A stretch of 64,000 nt of DNA, taken from positions 57,412,001 to 57,476,000 of the forward strand of contig OZ024745.1 of the NCBI GenBank assembly GCA_964016885.1. Reading direction: 5' to 3'. This document shows positions 1-15,000 of the stretch, piece by piece. Both the position numbers and the translations under genes were made by a program. Numbering within the stretch: the stretch's first letter is position 1; each line of letters begins with the position of its first letter. Below the pieces are notes generated by a model. The model searched no databases, had not been told where the DNA came from, and was given only the letters and a program-made list of their open reading frames with translations. The stretch is from Eledone cirrhosa. Lineage: Eukaryota.

Positions 1-3000
1 CGTTTTTTATGGGGGGGGGTCCGTTTTTTATTTCGATGCCCCGTTTTTTTATGGGATTCCGTTTTTTATTTGGCTGCCCCGTTTTTTTTATTCCGGTGCA
101 CGGTTTTTTATTTGGGTGCCCCGTTTTTTATTTGGGTGCCCCTTTTTTATGGAAAGTTCTATTCTTTATTTGGGTGCCCCGTTTTTTATTTGGGTGCCCC
201 GTTTTTTATTTGGGTGCCCCGTTTTTTATTTGGGTGACCCGTTATTTTATGGGGGGGTCCGTTTTTTATTTGGGTGTCCCATTATTTTATGGGGGGACCG
301 TTTTCTATTTGGGTGCCCCGTTTTTCTATGGGGGTCGATTTTTTTATTTGGGTGCCCCGTTCTTTTAGGGGGGTTATTTGGGTGTCCAGTATTTTTATGG
401 GGGGATCCGTTTTTAATTTGGGTGCGCCGTTTTTTATGGGGGTCCGTTTCTAATTTGGGTGCCCCGTTTTTTATTTGGGTGCCATTTTTTTTATTGGGGG
501 GTCCGTTTTTATTTGGATGACCCGTTCTTTTATGGGGGGTCCGTTTTTCCTTTGGGTTCCCCGTTTAATTGTAGGGGGGTACCCGTTTCTTATTTAGGTG
601 CCCCGTATTTTTATTTGGGTGCCCCGTTTTTTATGGGTGGGGGCGTTTTTTATTTGGGTACCCCGTTTTATATTTGGGTGCCCCGTTTTTTATGCGGGGG
701 GGGGGATTTTTATTTTGGTGCCCCGTTTTTTATTTGGGTGCCCCGTTTCTTATTTGGGTGCCCCATTTCTTATTTGGGTGCCCCATTTCTTATTTGGGTG
801 CCCCGTTTTTTATTGAGGCGGGTCCGTTTTTTATTTGCGTGCCCCGTTTTTTATTTGTGCCTGGTTTTTTCATGGGGGGTCCATTTTTTATTTTGGTGCC
901 CCGTTTTTTTAAGGGGGTGTCCGTATTTTATTTGGGTGCCCCGTTTTTTATTTCGGTGCCCGGTTTTTTTAAGTGGGTGGCCGTTTTTTATTTGGTTGCC
1001 ACGTTTTTTATTTGGTTGCCCCTTTTTTTATTTACGTGCGCCGTTTTTTTATGGGGGGGTCCGTTTTTTATATAAGTGCCCCGTTTATTTATGGGGGGTC
1101 CGTTTTTTATTTGGGTGCCCCGTTTTTTATTTGGGTGCCCCGTTATTTATTTGGGTGACCCGTTTTTTATTTCGATGCCCCGTTTTTTTATGGGGGTCCG
1201 TTTTTTATTTGGCTGCCCCGTTTTTTTTATTCCGGTGCACGGTTTTTTATTTGGGTGCCCCGTTTTTTATTTGGGTGCCCCTTTTTTATGGGGAGTTCTA
1301 TTCTTTATATGGGTGCTCCGTTTTTTTATTGGGCGATCCGTTTTTTATTTGGGTGCCCCGTTTTTTATTTGGGTGCCCCGTTATTTATTTGGGTGACCCG
1401 TTTTTTATTTGGGTGCCCCGTTTTTTTAAGGGGGTGTCCGTATTTCATTTGGGTGCCCCGTTTTTTATTTGGGTGCCCCGTTTTTTATTTGGGTGCCCCG
1501 TTATTTATTTGGGTGACCCGTTGTTTTATGGGGGGGTCCGTTTTTTATTTGGGTGTCCCATTATTTTATGGGGGGGACCGTTTTCTATTTGGGTGCCCCG
1601 TTTTTCTATGGGGGTCGATTTTTTTATTTGGGTGCCCCGTTTCTTTAGGGGGGGTTATTTGGGTGTCCAGTATTTTTATGGGGGGATCCGTTTTTAATTT
1701 TGGTGCGCCGTTTTTTATGGGGGTCCGTTTCTAATTTGGGTGCCCCGTTTTTTATTTGGGTGCCATTTTTTTATTGGGGGGTCCGTTTTTATTTGGATGA
1801 CCCGTTCTTTTATGGGGGGTCCGTTTTTCATTTGGGTTCCCCGTTTAATTGTAGGGGGGTACCCGTTTCTTATTTAGGTGCCCCGTATTTTTATTTGGGT
1901 GCCCCGTTTTTTATGGGGGGGGGGCGTTTTTTATTTGGGTACCCCGTTTTATATTTGGGTGCCCCGTTTTTTATGCGGGGGGGGGGGGGGATTTTTATTT
2001 TGGTGCCCCGTTTTTTATTTGGGTGCCCCGTTTCTTATTTGGGTGCCCCATTTCTTGTTTGGGTGCCCCATTTCTTATTTGGGTGCCCCGTTTTTTATTG
2101 AGGCGGGTCCGTTTTTTATTTGCGTGCCCCGTTTTTTATTTGTGCCTGGTTTTTTCATGGGGGGTCCATTATTTTATTTTGGTGCCCCGTTTTTTTAAGG
2201 GGGTGTCCGTATTTTATTTGGATGCCCCGTTTTTTTATGGGGTCCGTTTTTTATTTGGGTGCCCCATATTTTTATTTAGGTGCCCCTTTTTTTATGTGGG
2301 TGCGCCGTTTTTTATTTGGGTGGCCCGTTTTTTATGGGGGGTCCGTTTTTTATTTGGATGCCCCGTTTCTTTATGGGGGTCCGCTTTTTATTTGGCTGCC
2401 CCGTTTTTTATTATTCCGGTGCACGGTTTTTTATTTGGGTGCCCCGTTTTGTTATTTGGGTGCCCCATGTTTTTCTTTAGGTGCCCCGTTTCTTATTTGG
2501 GTACCCCGTTTTTTTATGGGTGGTCCGTTTATTATTTGGGTGCCCCGTTTTTTATTTGGGTGCCCTGTTTTTTATGGGGGGGTCCGTTTTTTATTTGGGT
2601 GCCCCGTTTTTATTATGGGGGGGTCCGTTTTTTATTTGGCTGCTCCGTTTTTTTTTATTCCGGGGGTCCGTTTTTTATTGGGTGCCCCATATTTTTATTT
2701 AGCTGCCCCGTTTTTTTTATGTGGGTGCGCCGTATTTTATTTGGGTGCCCCGTTTTTTTATTCCGGTGACCGGTTTGATATTTGGGTGCCCCGTTTTTTA
2801 TGGGGGGGTCCATTCTTTATATGGGTGCTCCGTTTGTTTACGGGGGATCCGTTTCTAATTTGGGTGCCCCGTTTTTTTATTTAGGTGCCCCGTTTTTTTG
2901 ATGGGGGGGTCCGTTTTTTATTTGGGTGGCCCGTTTTTATGGGGGGGTCCGTTTCTTATTCGGGTGCCCCGTTTTTGATTTGGGTGACCCGTTTTTTATG

Positions 3001-6000
3001 GGGGGGTTTGTTTTTTATTTGGATGCCCCGTTTTTTTATGGGGGTCCGTTTTTTATTTGGGTGCCCCATATTTTTATTTAGGTGCCCCTTTTTTTTATGT
3101 GGGTGCGCCGTTTATTATTTGGGTGGCCCGTTTTTTATGGGGGTTCCGTTTATTATTTGGGTGCCCCGTTTATTATTTGGGTGCCCCGTTTTTTATTTGG
3201 GTGCCCCGTTTTTTATGGGGGGTCCGTTTTTTATTTGGGTGTCCCGTTTTTTATTTGGGTGCCCCGTTTTTTATTGGGGGTCCGTTTTTTATTTGGGTGT
3301 CCCGTTTTTTGTTTGGGTGCCCCGTTTTTTATGGGGGGGGGTCCGTTTTTTATTTCGATGCCCCGTTTTTTTATGGGATTCCGTTTTTTATTTGGCTGCC
3401 CCGTTTTTTTTATTCCGGTGCACGGTTTTTTATTTGGGTGCCCCGTTTTTTATTTGGGTGCCCCTTTTTTATGGAAAGTTCTATTCTTTATTTGGGTGCC
3501 CCGTTTTTTATTTGGGTGCCCCGTTTTTTATTTGGGTGCCCCGTTTTTTATTTGGGTGACCCGTTATTTTATGGGGGGGTCCGTTTTTTATTTGGGTGTC
3601 CCATTATTTTATGGGGGGACCGTTTTCTATTTGGGTGCCCCGTTTTTCTATGGGGGTCGATTTTTTTATTTGGGTGCCCCGTTCTTTTAGGGGGGTTATT
3701 TGGGTGTCCAGTATTTTTATGGGGGGATCCGTTTTTAATTTGGGTGCGCCGTTTTTTATGGGGGTCCGTTTCTAATTTGGGTGCCCCGTTTTTTATTTGG
3801 GTGCCATTTTTTTTATTGGGGGGTCCGTTTTTATTTGGATGACCCGTTCTTTTATGGGGGGTCCGTTTTTCCTTTGGGTTCCCCGTTTAATTGTAGGGGG
3901 GTACCCGTTTCTTATTTAGGTGCCCCGTATTTTTATTTGGGTGCCCCGTTTTTTATGGGTGGGGGCGTTTTTTATTTGGGTACCCCGTTTTATATTTGGG
4001 TGCCCCGTTTTTTATGCGGGGGGGGGGATTTTTATTTTGGTGCCCCGTTTTTTATTTGGGTGCCCCGTTTCTTATTTGGGTGCCCCATTTCTTATTTGGG
4101 TGCCCCATTTCTTATTTGGGTGCCCCGTTTTTTATTGAGGCGGGTCCGTTTTTTATTTGCGTGCCCCGTTTTTTATTTGTGCCTGGTTTTTTCATGGGGG
4201 GTCCATTTTTTATTTTGGTGCCCCGTTTTTTTAAGGGGGTGTCCGTATTTTATTTGGGTGCCCCGTTTTTTATTTCGGTGCCCGGTTTTTTTAAGTGGGT
4301 GGCCGTTTTTTATTTGGTTGCCACGTTTTTTATTTGGTTGCCCCTTTTTTTATTTACGTGCGCCGTTTTTTTATGGGGGGGTCCGTTTTTTATATAAGTG
4401 CCCCGTTTATTTATGGGGGGTCCGTTTTTTATTTGGGTGCCCCGTTTTTTATTTGGGTGCCCCGTTATTTATTTGGGTGACCCGTTTTTTATTTCGATGC
4501 CCCGTTTTTTTATGGGGGTCCGTTTTTTATTTGGCTGCCCCGTTTTTTTTATTCCGGTGCACGGTTTTTTATTTGGGTGCCCCGTTTTTTATTTGGGTGC
4601 CCCTTTTTTATGGGGAGTTCTATTCTTTATATGGGTGCTCCGTTTTTTTATTGGGCGATCCGTTTTTTATTTGGGTGCCCCGTTTTTTATTTGGGTGCCC
4701 CGTTATTTATTTGGGTGACCCGTTTTTTATTTGGGTGCCCCGTTTTTTTAAGGGGGTGTCCGTATTTCATTTGGGTGCCCCGTTTTTTATTTGGGTGCCC
4801 CGTTTTTTATTTGGGTGCCCCGTTATTTATTTGGGTGACCCGTTGTTTTATGGGGGGGTCCGTTTTTTATTTGGGTGTCCCATTATTTTATGGGGGGGAC
4901 CGTTTTCTATTTGGGTGCCCCGTTTTTCTATGGGGGTCGATTTTTTTATTTGGGTGCCCCGTTTCTTTAGGGGGGGTTATTTGGGTGTCCAGTATTTTTA
5001 TGGGGGGATCCGTTTTTAATTTTGGTGCGCCGTTTTTTATGGGGGTCCGTTTCTAATTTGGGTGCCCCGTTTTTTATTTGGGTGCCATTTTTTTATTGGG
5101 GGGTCCGTTTTTATTTGGATGACCCGTTCTTTTATGGGGGGTCCGTTTTTCATTTGGGTTCCCCGTTTAATTGTAGGGGGGTACCCGTTTCTTATTTAGG
5201 TGCCCCGTATTTTTATTTGGGTGCCCCGTTTTTTATGGGGGGGGGGCGTTTTTTATTTGGGTACCCCGTTTTATATTTGGGTGCCCCGTTTTTTATGCGG
5301 GGGGGGGGGGGATTTTTATTTTGGTGCCCCGTTTTTTATTTGGGTGCCCCGTTTCTTATTTGGGTGCCCCATTTCTTGTTTGGGTGCCCCATTTCTTATT
5401 TGGGTGCCCCGTTTTTTATTGAGGCGGGTCCGTTTTTTATTTGCGTGCCCCGTTTTTTATTTGTGCCTGGTTTTTTCATGGGGGGTCCATTATTTTATTT
5501 TGGTGCCCCGTTTTTTTAAGGGGGTGTCCGTATTTTATTTGGATGCCCCGTTTTTTTATGGGGTCCGTTTTTTATTTGGGTGCCCCATATTTTTATTTAG
5601 GTGCCCCTTTTTTTATGTGGGTGCGCCGTTTTTTATTTGGGTGGCCCGTTTTTTATGGGGGGTCCGTTTTTTATTTGGATGCCCCGTTTCTTTATGGGGG
5701 TCCGCTTTTTATTTGGCTGCCCCGTTTTTTATTATTCCGGTGCACGGTTTTTTATTTGGGTGCCCCGTTTTGTTATTTGGGTGCCCCATGTTTTTCTTTA
5801 GGTGCCCCGTTTCTTATTTGGGTACCCCGTTTTTTTATGGGTGGTCCGTTTATTATTTGGGTGCCCCGTTTTTTATTTGGGTGCCCTGTTTTTTATGGGG
5901 GGGTCCGTTTTTTATTTGGGTGCCCCGTTTTTATTATGGGGGGGTCCGTTTTTTATTTGGCTGCTCCGTTTTTTTTTATTCCGGGGGTCCGTTTTTTATT

Positions 6001-9000
6001 GGGTGCCCCATATTTTTATTTAGCTGCCCCGTTTTTTTTATGTGGGTGCGCCGTATTTTATTTGGGTGCCCCGTTTTTTTATTCCGGTGACCGGTTTGAT
6101 ATTTGGGTGCCCCGTTTTTTATGGGGGGGTCCATTCTTTATATGGGTGCTCCGTTTGTTTACGGGGGATCCGTTTCTAATTTGGGTGCCCCGTTTTTTTA
6201 TTTAGGTGCCCCGTTTTTTTGATGGGGGGGTCCGTTTTTTATTTGGGTGGCCCGTTTTTATGGGGGGGTCCGTTTCTTATTCGGGTGCCCCGTTTTTGAT
6301 TTGGGTGACCCGTTTTTTATGGGGGGGTTTGTTTTTTATTTGGATGCCCCGTTTTTTTATGGGGGTCCGTTTTTTATTTGGGTGCCCCATATTTTTATTT
6401 AGGTGCCCCTTTTTTTTATGTGGGTGCGCCGTTTATTATTTGGGTGGCCCGTTTTTTATGGGGGTTCCGTTTATTATTTGGGTGCCCCGTTTATTATTTG
6501 GGTGCCCCGTTTTTTATTTGGGTGCCCCGTTTTTTATGGGGGGTCCGTTTTTTATTTGGGTGTCCCGTTTTTTATTTGGGTGCCCCGTTTTTTATGGGGG
6601 GGGTCCGTTTTTTATTTCGATGCCCCGTTTTTTTATGGGGGTCCGTTTTTTATTTGGCTGCCCCGTTTTTTTTATTCCGGTGCACGGTTTTTTATTTGGG
6701 TGCCCCGTTTTTTATTTGGGTGCCCCTTTTTTATGGGGAGTTCTATTCTTTATATGGGTGCTCCGTTTTTTTATTGGGCGGTCCGTTTTTTATTTGGGTG
6801 CCCCGTTTTTTATTTGGGTGCCCCGTTATTTATTTGGGTGACCCGTTTTTTATTTGGGTGCCCCGTTTTTTTAAGGGGGTGTCCGTATTTCATTTGGGTG
6901 CCCCGTTTTTTATTTGGGTGCCCCGTTTTTTATTTGGGTGCCCCGTTATTTATTTGGGTGACCCGTTGTTTTATGGGGGGGTCCGTTTTTTATTTGGGTG
7001 TCCCATTATTTTATGGGGGGGACCGTTTTCTATTTGGGTGCCCCGTTTTTCTATGGGGGTCGATTTTTTTATTTGGGTGCCCCGTTTTTTTAGGGGGGGT
7101 TATTTGGGTGTCCAGTATTTTTATGGGGGGATCCGTTTTTAATTTTGGTGCGCCGTTTTTTATGGGGGTCCGTTTCTAATTTGGGTGCCCCGTTTTTTAT
7201 TTGGCTGCTCCGTTTTTTTTTATTCCGGGGGTACGTTTTTTATTTAGCTGCCCCGTTTTTTTTATGTGGGTGCGCCGTATTTTATTTGGGTGCCCCGTTT
7301 TTTTATTCCGGTGACCGGTTTTTTATTTGGGTGCCCCGTTTTTTATTTGGGTGCCCCTTTTTTATGGGGAGTTCTATTCTTTATACGGGTGCTCCGTTTT
7401 TTTATTGGGCGGTCCGTTTTTTATTTGGGTGCCCCATATTTTTCTTTAGGTGCCCCTTTTCTTATTTGGGTACCCCGTTTTTTATGGGTGGTCCGTTTAT
7501 TATTTGGGTGCCCCGTTTTTTATTTGGGTGCCCCGTTTTTTATGGGGGGGTCGGTTTTTTATTTTGGTGCCCCGTTTTTATTATGGGGGGGGGGTCCGTT
7601 TTTATTTGGCTGCTCCGTTTTTTTTTATTCGGGGGGTCCGTTTTTTATTTGGGTGCCCCATATCTTTATTTAGCTGCCCCGTTTTTTTTATGTGGGTGCG
7701 CCGTTTTTTATTTGGGTGCCCCGTTTTTTTATTCCGGTGACCGGTTTGATATTTGGGTGCCCCGTTTTTTTAATGGGGGGGGTCCGTTTTTTATTTGGGT
7801 GCCCCATATTTTTATTTAGGTGCCCCTTTTTTTATGTGGGTGCGCCGTTTATTATTTGGGTGGCCCGTTTTTTATGGGGGTTCCGTTTATTATTTGGGTG
7901 CCCCGTTTTTTGTTTGGGTGCCCCGTTTTTTATGGGGGGGTCCGTTTTTTATTTGGGTGTCCCGTTTATTATTTGGGTGCCCCGTTTTTTATTTGGGTGC
8001 CCCGTTTTTTATTGGGGGTCCGTTTTTTATTTGGGTGTCCCGTTTTTTGTTTGGGTGCCCCGTTTTTTATGGGGGGGGGGGTCCGTTTTTTATTTCGATG
8101 CCCCGTTTTTTTATGGGATTCCGTTTTTTATTTGGCTGCCCCGTTTTTTTTATTCCGGTGCACGGTTTTTTATTTGGGTGCCCCGTTTTTTATTTGGGTG
8201 CCCCTTTTTTATGGAAAGTTCTATTCTTTATTTGGGTGCCCCGTTTTTTATTTGGGTGCCCCGTTTTTTATTTGGGTGCCCCGTTTTTTATTTGGGTGAC
8301 CCGTTATTTTATGGGGGGGTCCGTTTTTTATTTGGGTGTCCCATTATTTTATGGGGGGACCGTTTTCTATTTGGGTGCCCCGTTTTTCTATGGGGGTCGA
8401 TTTTTTTATTTGGGTGCCCCGTTCTTTTAGGGGGGTTATTTGGGTGTCCAGTATTTTTATGGGGGGATCCGTTTTTAATTTGGGTGCGCCGTTTTTTATG
8501 GGGGTCCGTTTCTAATTTGGGTGCCCCGTTTTTTATTTGGGTGCCATTTTTTTTATTGGGGGGTCCGTTTTTATTTGGATGACCCGTTCTTTTATGGGGG
8601 GTCCGTTTTTCCTTTGGGTTCCCCGTTTAATTGTAGGGGGGTACCCGTTTCTTATTTAGGTGCCCCGTATTTTTATTTGGGTGCCCCGTTTTTTATGGGT
8701 GGGGGCGTTTTTTATTTGGGTACCCCGTTTTATATTTGGGTGCCCCGTTTTTTATGCGGGGGGGGGGATTTTTATTTTGGTGCCCCGTTTTTTATTTGGG
8801 TGCCCCGTTTCTTATTTGGGTGCCCCATTTCTTATTTGGGTGCCCCATTTCTTATTTGGGTGCCCCGTTTTTTATTGAGGCGGGTCCGTTTTTTATTTGC
8901 GTGCCCCGTTTTTTATTTGTGCCTGGTTTTTTCATGGGGGGTCCATTTTTTATTTTGGTGCCCCGTTTTTTTAAGGGGGTGTCCGTATTTTATTTGGGTG

Positions 9001-9230
9001 CCCCGTTTTTTATTTCGGTGCCCGGTTTTTTTAAGTGGGTGGCCGTTTTTTATTTGGTTGCCACGTTTTTTATTTGGTTGCCCCTTTTTTTATTTACGTG
9101 CGCCGTTTTTTTATGGGGGGGTCCGTTTTTTATATAAGTGCCCCGTTTATTTATGGGGGGTCCGTTTTTTATTTGGGTGCCCCGTTTTTTATTTGGGTGC
9201 CCCGTTATTTATTTGGGTGACCCGTTTTTT
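1..9230. repeat. Higher-order repeat block, ~3322-bp period (two near-identical copies plus a partial third), with an internal ~1280-bp duplication
   Basis: The rare variant ATGGAAAGTTCT recurs at ~149, ~3471 and ~8211. Identical 412-aa ORFs start at 459 and 3781, and the same start recurs at 8521. AATTGTAGGGGGGTACC occurs at ~567 and ~1847. Confidence 0.92.
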
Positions 9231-12079
9231 ATTTGGGTGCCCCATTTTTTTAAGGGGGTGTCCGTATTTCATTTGGGTGCCCTGTTTAAATAACGGGTTT
9301 CTTTATGTGGGGGCCCGTTTTTTATTTGGGTGCCCAGTTTTTTTATGGGGGGGGGGTCCGTTTTTTATTTGGGTGCCCCGTTTTTTATTTGGGTGCCCCG
9401 TTTTTTATGGGAGGGGGTCGTTTTTTATTTGGGTGCCCCGTTTTTTATTAGCGTGCCCCGTTTTTTATTTAGGTGCCCCGTTTTTTATTTGGGTGCCCCG
9501 TTTCTTATTTGGGTGCCCAGTTTTTTATTGCGGAGTCCGTTTTCTATTTGGGTTTCCCGTTTTTTATTTGGGTACCCGGTTTTTTTATGGGGGGGTCCGT
9601 TTTTAATTTGGGTGCCCCGTTTTTTATTTGGGTACCCGGTTATTTTATGGGGGGGTCCGTTTTTTATTTGGGTGCCCCGTTTTTTATTTAGGTGCCCCGT
9701 TTTTTTAAGGGGGTATCCGTTTTTCTATCTGAGTGGCCCGTTTCTTTATTTGGGTGCCGCGTTTTTTATTTGGGTGCCCCGTTTTTTTATTTGGGTGCCC
9801 CGTTTTTTTATGGGGAGGATCCTTTATTTTTATTTGGTGGCCCCGTTTTTTATGGGAGGGGGGTGTTTTTTATTTGGGTGCCCCGTTTTTTATTTGGGTG
9901 CCCCGTTTCTTATTTGGGTGCCCCGTTTCTTATTTGGTTGCCCCTTTTTTTATTTAGGTGCCCCGTTATTTTATGGGGGGTCCGTTTTATATTTGGGTGC
10001 CCCGTTTTTTTATATGGGTGCCCCGTTTTTTATTTTGGGTGCCCGGTTTTTTTATGGGGGGGGTCCTTTTTTTATTTTGGTGCCCCGTTTTTTATTTGGG
10101 TGCCCCGTTATTTATTTGGGTGACCCGTTTTTTATTTGGGTGCCCCGTTTTTTTAAGGGGGTGTCCGTAATTCATTTGGGTGCCCTGTTTAAATAACGGG
10201 TTTCTTTATGTGGGGGTCCGTTTTTTATTTTGGTGCCTCGTTTTTTATTTGAGTGCCCCGTTTTTTATTTGCGTGCCCCGTTTTTTTATGGGGGGGGGTC
10301 CGTTTTTTATATAAGTGCCCCGTTTATTTATGGGGGGGTCCGTTTTTTATTTGGGTGCCCCGTTTTTTATTTGGGTGCCCCGTTTTTTATTTGGGTGCCC
10401 CGTTATTTATTTGGGTGACCCGTTTTTTATTTGGGTGCCCCATTTTTTTAAGGGGGTGTCCGTATTTCATTTGGGTGCCCTGTTTAAATAACGGGTTTCT
10501 TTATGTGGGGGCCCGTTTTTTATTTGGGTGCCCAATTTTTTTATAGGGGGGTACGTTTTTTATTTGGGTGCCCCGTTTTTTATTTGGGTGCCCCGTTTTT
10601 TAAGGGGGTATCCGTTTTTCTATTTGAGTGGCTCGTTTTTTTATATGGGTCCCGCGTTTTTTTATTTGGGTGCCCCGTTTTTTTATTTGGGTGCCCCGTT
10701 TTTTTATGGGGGTATCCTTTATTTTTATTTGGTGGCCCCGTTTTTTATGGGAGGGGGGGGGCGTTTTTTATTTGGGTGCCCCGTTTTTTATTTGGGTGCC
10801 CCGTTTCTTATTTGGGTGCTCCGTTTTTTATTTGGGTGTCCCGTTTTTTTATTTGGGCCCCCAGTTTTTTATTTGGGTGCCCCGTTTTTTATTTGGATGC
10901 CCGGTTTTTTTAAGCGGGTGGCCATTTTTTATTTGGGTGCGCCTTTTTTTATTTGGGTGCCCCGTTTTTTATTTGCGTGCCCCGTTATTTATTTGGGTGA
11001 CCGTTTTTTTATTTGGGTGCTCCGTTTTTTTAAGGGGGTGTCCTTATTTCATTTGGGTACCCCGTTTTTTATTTGGGTGCCCCTTTTCTTATATAGGTGC
11101 GACGTTTGTTTATGGGGCGGGGTCCGTTTTTTATTTGGGTGCTCCGTTTTTTATTTGGGTGCCCCGTTTTTTTATTTGGGCCCTCAGTTTTTTTATTTGG
11201 GTGCCCGGTTTTTTTAAGGGGGTGGCCGTTTTTTATTTGGGTGCCCCGTTTTTTATTTGGGTGCCCCGTTTTTTATTTGGGTGCCCGGTTTTTTATTTCG
11301 GTGCCCGGTTTTTATTTGGGTGCCCCGTTTTTTATTTGGGTGCCCGGTTTCTTTATGGGGAGGTCCGTTTTTTATTTGGGTGCCCCGTTTTTCATTTGCG
11401 TGCCTCGTTTTTTATGGGGGGATCCGTTTTTTTATTTGGGTGCGCTGTTTTTTTATTTGGGTGCCCCGTTCTTTTATGGGGGTTCCTTTTTTATTTTGGG
11501 TGCCCGGTTTTTTTTATGGGGGGGGGGGCATTTTTATTTTGGTGCCCCGTTTTTTATTTGCGTGCCCCGCTATTCATTTGGGTGACCCGTTTTTTATTTG
11601 GGTGCCCCTTTTTTATATAGGTGCGACGTTTTTTTATGGGGCGGGGTCCGTTTTTTATTTGGGTGCTCCGATTTTTATTTGGGTGTCCCGTTTTTTTATT
11701 TCGGCCCCCAGTTTTTTTATTTGGGTGCCCCGTTTTTATATGGGTGCCCGGTTTTTTTAAGAGGGTGGCCATTTTTTATTTGGGTGCCCCGTTTTTTATT
11801 TGGGTGCACGGTTTTTTTATGGGGGGGTTCATTTTTTATTTTGGTGCCCAGTCTTTTATTTGCGTGACCCGTTATTTATTTGGGTGCCCGTTTTTTATTT
11901 GGGTGCCCCGTTCTTTTAAGGGGGTGTCCGTATTTCTTTTGGGTACCCCGTTTTTTTAATTGGGTGCCCGGTTTTTTTAAGGGGGTGGCCGTTTTTTATT
12001 TGGGTGCCCCGTTTTTTATTTGGGTGCCCGGTTTTTATTTCGGTGCCCGGTTTTTTTTTGGGGGGGGGGTCCGGTTTTT

Positions 12080-15000
12080 ATTTGGGTGCCCCGTTTTTTA
12101 TTTGGGTGCCCGGTTTCTTTATGGGGAGGTCCGTTTTTTATTTGGGTGCCCCGTTTTTTATTTGCGTGCCTCGTTTTTTATGGGGGGATTCGTTTTTTTA
12201 TTTGGGTGCGCCGTTTTTTATTCGTGTGCCCCGTTTTTTTATTTGGGTGCCTAGCTTTTTTTATTTCGGTGCCCCGTTTTTTATTTGGGTGCCCCTTTTT
12301 TTATTTGGGTGCTCCGTTTTTTTTATTTAGGTGCGCGTTTTTTTTATGGGGGGGTCCGTTTTTTTTTGGGGTGCCCCGTTTTTTTATTTGGTTGCCCCGT
12401 TTTTTTATTTGGGTGCCCCGTTTTTTCATAAGGGTGCCCCGTTTTTCTAATGTGGGGATCCGTTTTTTTATTTGGGTGCCCCGTTTTTTATTTGGGTGCC
12501 CCGTTCTTTTATGGGGGGGGGCGTTTTTTATATGGGTGCCCCGTTTATTTATGTGGGGGTCCGTTTTTTATTTGGGTGCCTATTTTTTTAATGGAGGGTC
12601 TGTTTTTTATTTGGGTGCCCGGTTTTTTTACGGGGTTGGTCCGTTTTTTATTTGGATGCCCCGTTTTTTTATGGGGTGGGGTCCGTTTTTATATTTGGGT
12701 GCCTCGTTTTTTAATTAGGTGCCCCGTTTTATATTTGGGTGCCCCGTTTTTTATTTGGGTGCCCCGTTTCTTATTTGGTTGCCCCGTTTCTTATTTGGGT
12801 GCCCCGTTTTTTATGTGGTGGGGTCCGTTTTTTATTTGGGTGCCCCGTTTTTTATTTGGGTTCCCATTTTTTTTATGGTTGGTCCGTTTTTTATTTAGGT
12901 TCCCCTTTATTTATTTGGGTGCCCGTTTTTTATGGGGGTGTCCGTTTTTTATTTGGGTGCCCCGTTTTTTATTTGCGTGCCTCGTTTTTTATGGGGGGTG
13001 TTCGTTCTTTATTTGGGTGCCCCGTTTTTTTAAGGGGGTCCGTTTTTTATTTGGGTGCCCCGTTTATTATTTGGGTGCCTCGTTTTTTTATGGGGGATCC
13101 GTTTTTTATTTGGGTGCCCCGTTTTTTTATTTGGGTGCCCCCTTCTTTTATGAGGGGGTCCGTTTTTTATATGGGTGCCCCGTTTATTTATGGTGGTGTC
13201 CCTTTTTTATTTGGGTGCCCCGTTTTTTATTTGGGTACCCCGTTTTTTTATGGCGGGGGTCCGTTTTTTATTTTCTGGGATCTGTTTTTTTATGGCGGTT
13301 TCCATATTTTATTTGGGTGCCCCGTTCTTTTATGGGGGGGCCGTTTTTATATGGGTGCGACGTTTATTTATGGGGGTGTCCGTTTTTTTTTGGGTGCCCA
13401 GTTTTTTTATGGAGGGTCCGTTTATTATTTGGGTGCCCCATTTTTTATTTGGGTGCCTGGTTTTTTTATGGGGGGATCCGTTTTTTTATTTGGGTGCCCC
13501 TTTTTTTATTTGGGTGCCCCATTCTTTTATGGGGGGGGGGGTCCGTTTTTTATATGGGTGCCCCGTTTATTTATGGGGGGGTCCGTTTTTTATTTGGGTG
13601 CCCCTTTTTTTACGGCGGGGTCCGTATTTTATTTTTTGGGATTTGTTTTTTTATGGCGGTTTCCATTTTTTATTTGGGTGCCCCGTTTTTTATTTGGGTG
13701 TCCCGTTTTTTTATGGGGGGGTCCGTTTTTTATTTGGGTTCCCCGTTTATTTATGGGGGGGGGTCCACTTTTTATTTGGGTGCCCCGTTTTTTTATGGAG
13801 AGGCCTGTTTTTTATTTGGGTGCCCCGTTTTTTATTTGGGTGCCCCGTTTTTTTATTTGGATGCCCCGTTTTTTATTTGGGTGCCCCTTTTTTATGGGGG
13901 GGCGTGTTTTACTTGGGTGCACCGTTTTTTATGGAGGTTGTCCGTTTTCTATTTCGGTGCCCCGTTTTTTATTTGGGTACCCGGTTTTTTATGGGGGGGT
14001 CCGTTTTTTATTTGGGTGCCCCGTTTTTTATTTGGGTGCCCGGTTTCTTTATGGGGAGGTCCGTTTTTTATTTGGGTGCCCCGTTTTTTATTTGCGTGCC
14101 TCGTTTTTTATGGGGGGATTCGTTTTTTTATTTGGGTGCGCCGTTTTTTATTCGTGTGCCCCGTTTTTTTATTTGGGTGCCTAGCTTTTTTTATTTCGGT
14201 GCCCCGTTTTTTATTTGGGTGCCCCTTTTTTTATTTGGGTGCTCCGTTTTTTTTATTTAGGTGCGCGTTTTTTTTTATGGGGGGGTCCGTTTTTTTTTGG
14301 GGTGCCCCGTTTTTTTATTTGGTTGCCCCGTTTTTTTATTTGGGTGCCCCGTTTTTTCATAAGGGTGCCCCGTTTTTCTAATGTGGGGATCCGTTTTTTT
14401 ATTTGGGTGCCCCGTTTTTTATTTGGGTGCCCCGTTCTTTTATGGGGGGGGCGTTTTTTATATGGGTGCCCCGTTTATTTATGTGGGGGTCCGTTTTTTA
14501 TTTGGGTGCCTATTTTTTTAATGGAGGGTCTGTTTTTTATTTGGGTGCCCGGTTTTTTTACGGGGTTGGTCCGTTTTTTATTTGGATGCCCCGTTTTTTT
14601 ATGGGGTGGGGTCCGTTTTTATATTTGGGTGCCTCGTTTTTTAATTAGGTGCCCCGTTTTATATTTGGGTGCCCCGTTTTTTATTTGGGTGCCCCGTTTC
14701 TTATTTGGTAGCCCCGTTTCTTATTTGGGTGCCCCGTTTTTTATGTGGTGGGGTCCGTTTTTTATTTGGGTGCCCCGTTTTTTATTTGGGTTCCCATTTT
14801 TTTTATGGTTGGTCCGTTTTTTATTTAGGTTCCCCTTTATTTATTTGGGTGCCCGTTTTTTATGGGGGTGTCCGTTTTTTATTTGGGTGCCCCGTTTTTT
14901 ATTTGCGTGCCTCGTTTTTTATGGGGGGTGTTCGTTCTTTATTTGGGTGCCCCGTTTTTTTAAGGGGGTCCGTTTTTTATTTGGGTTCCCCGTTTATTAT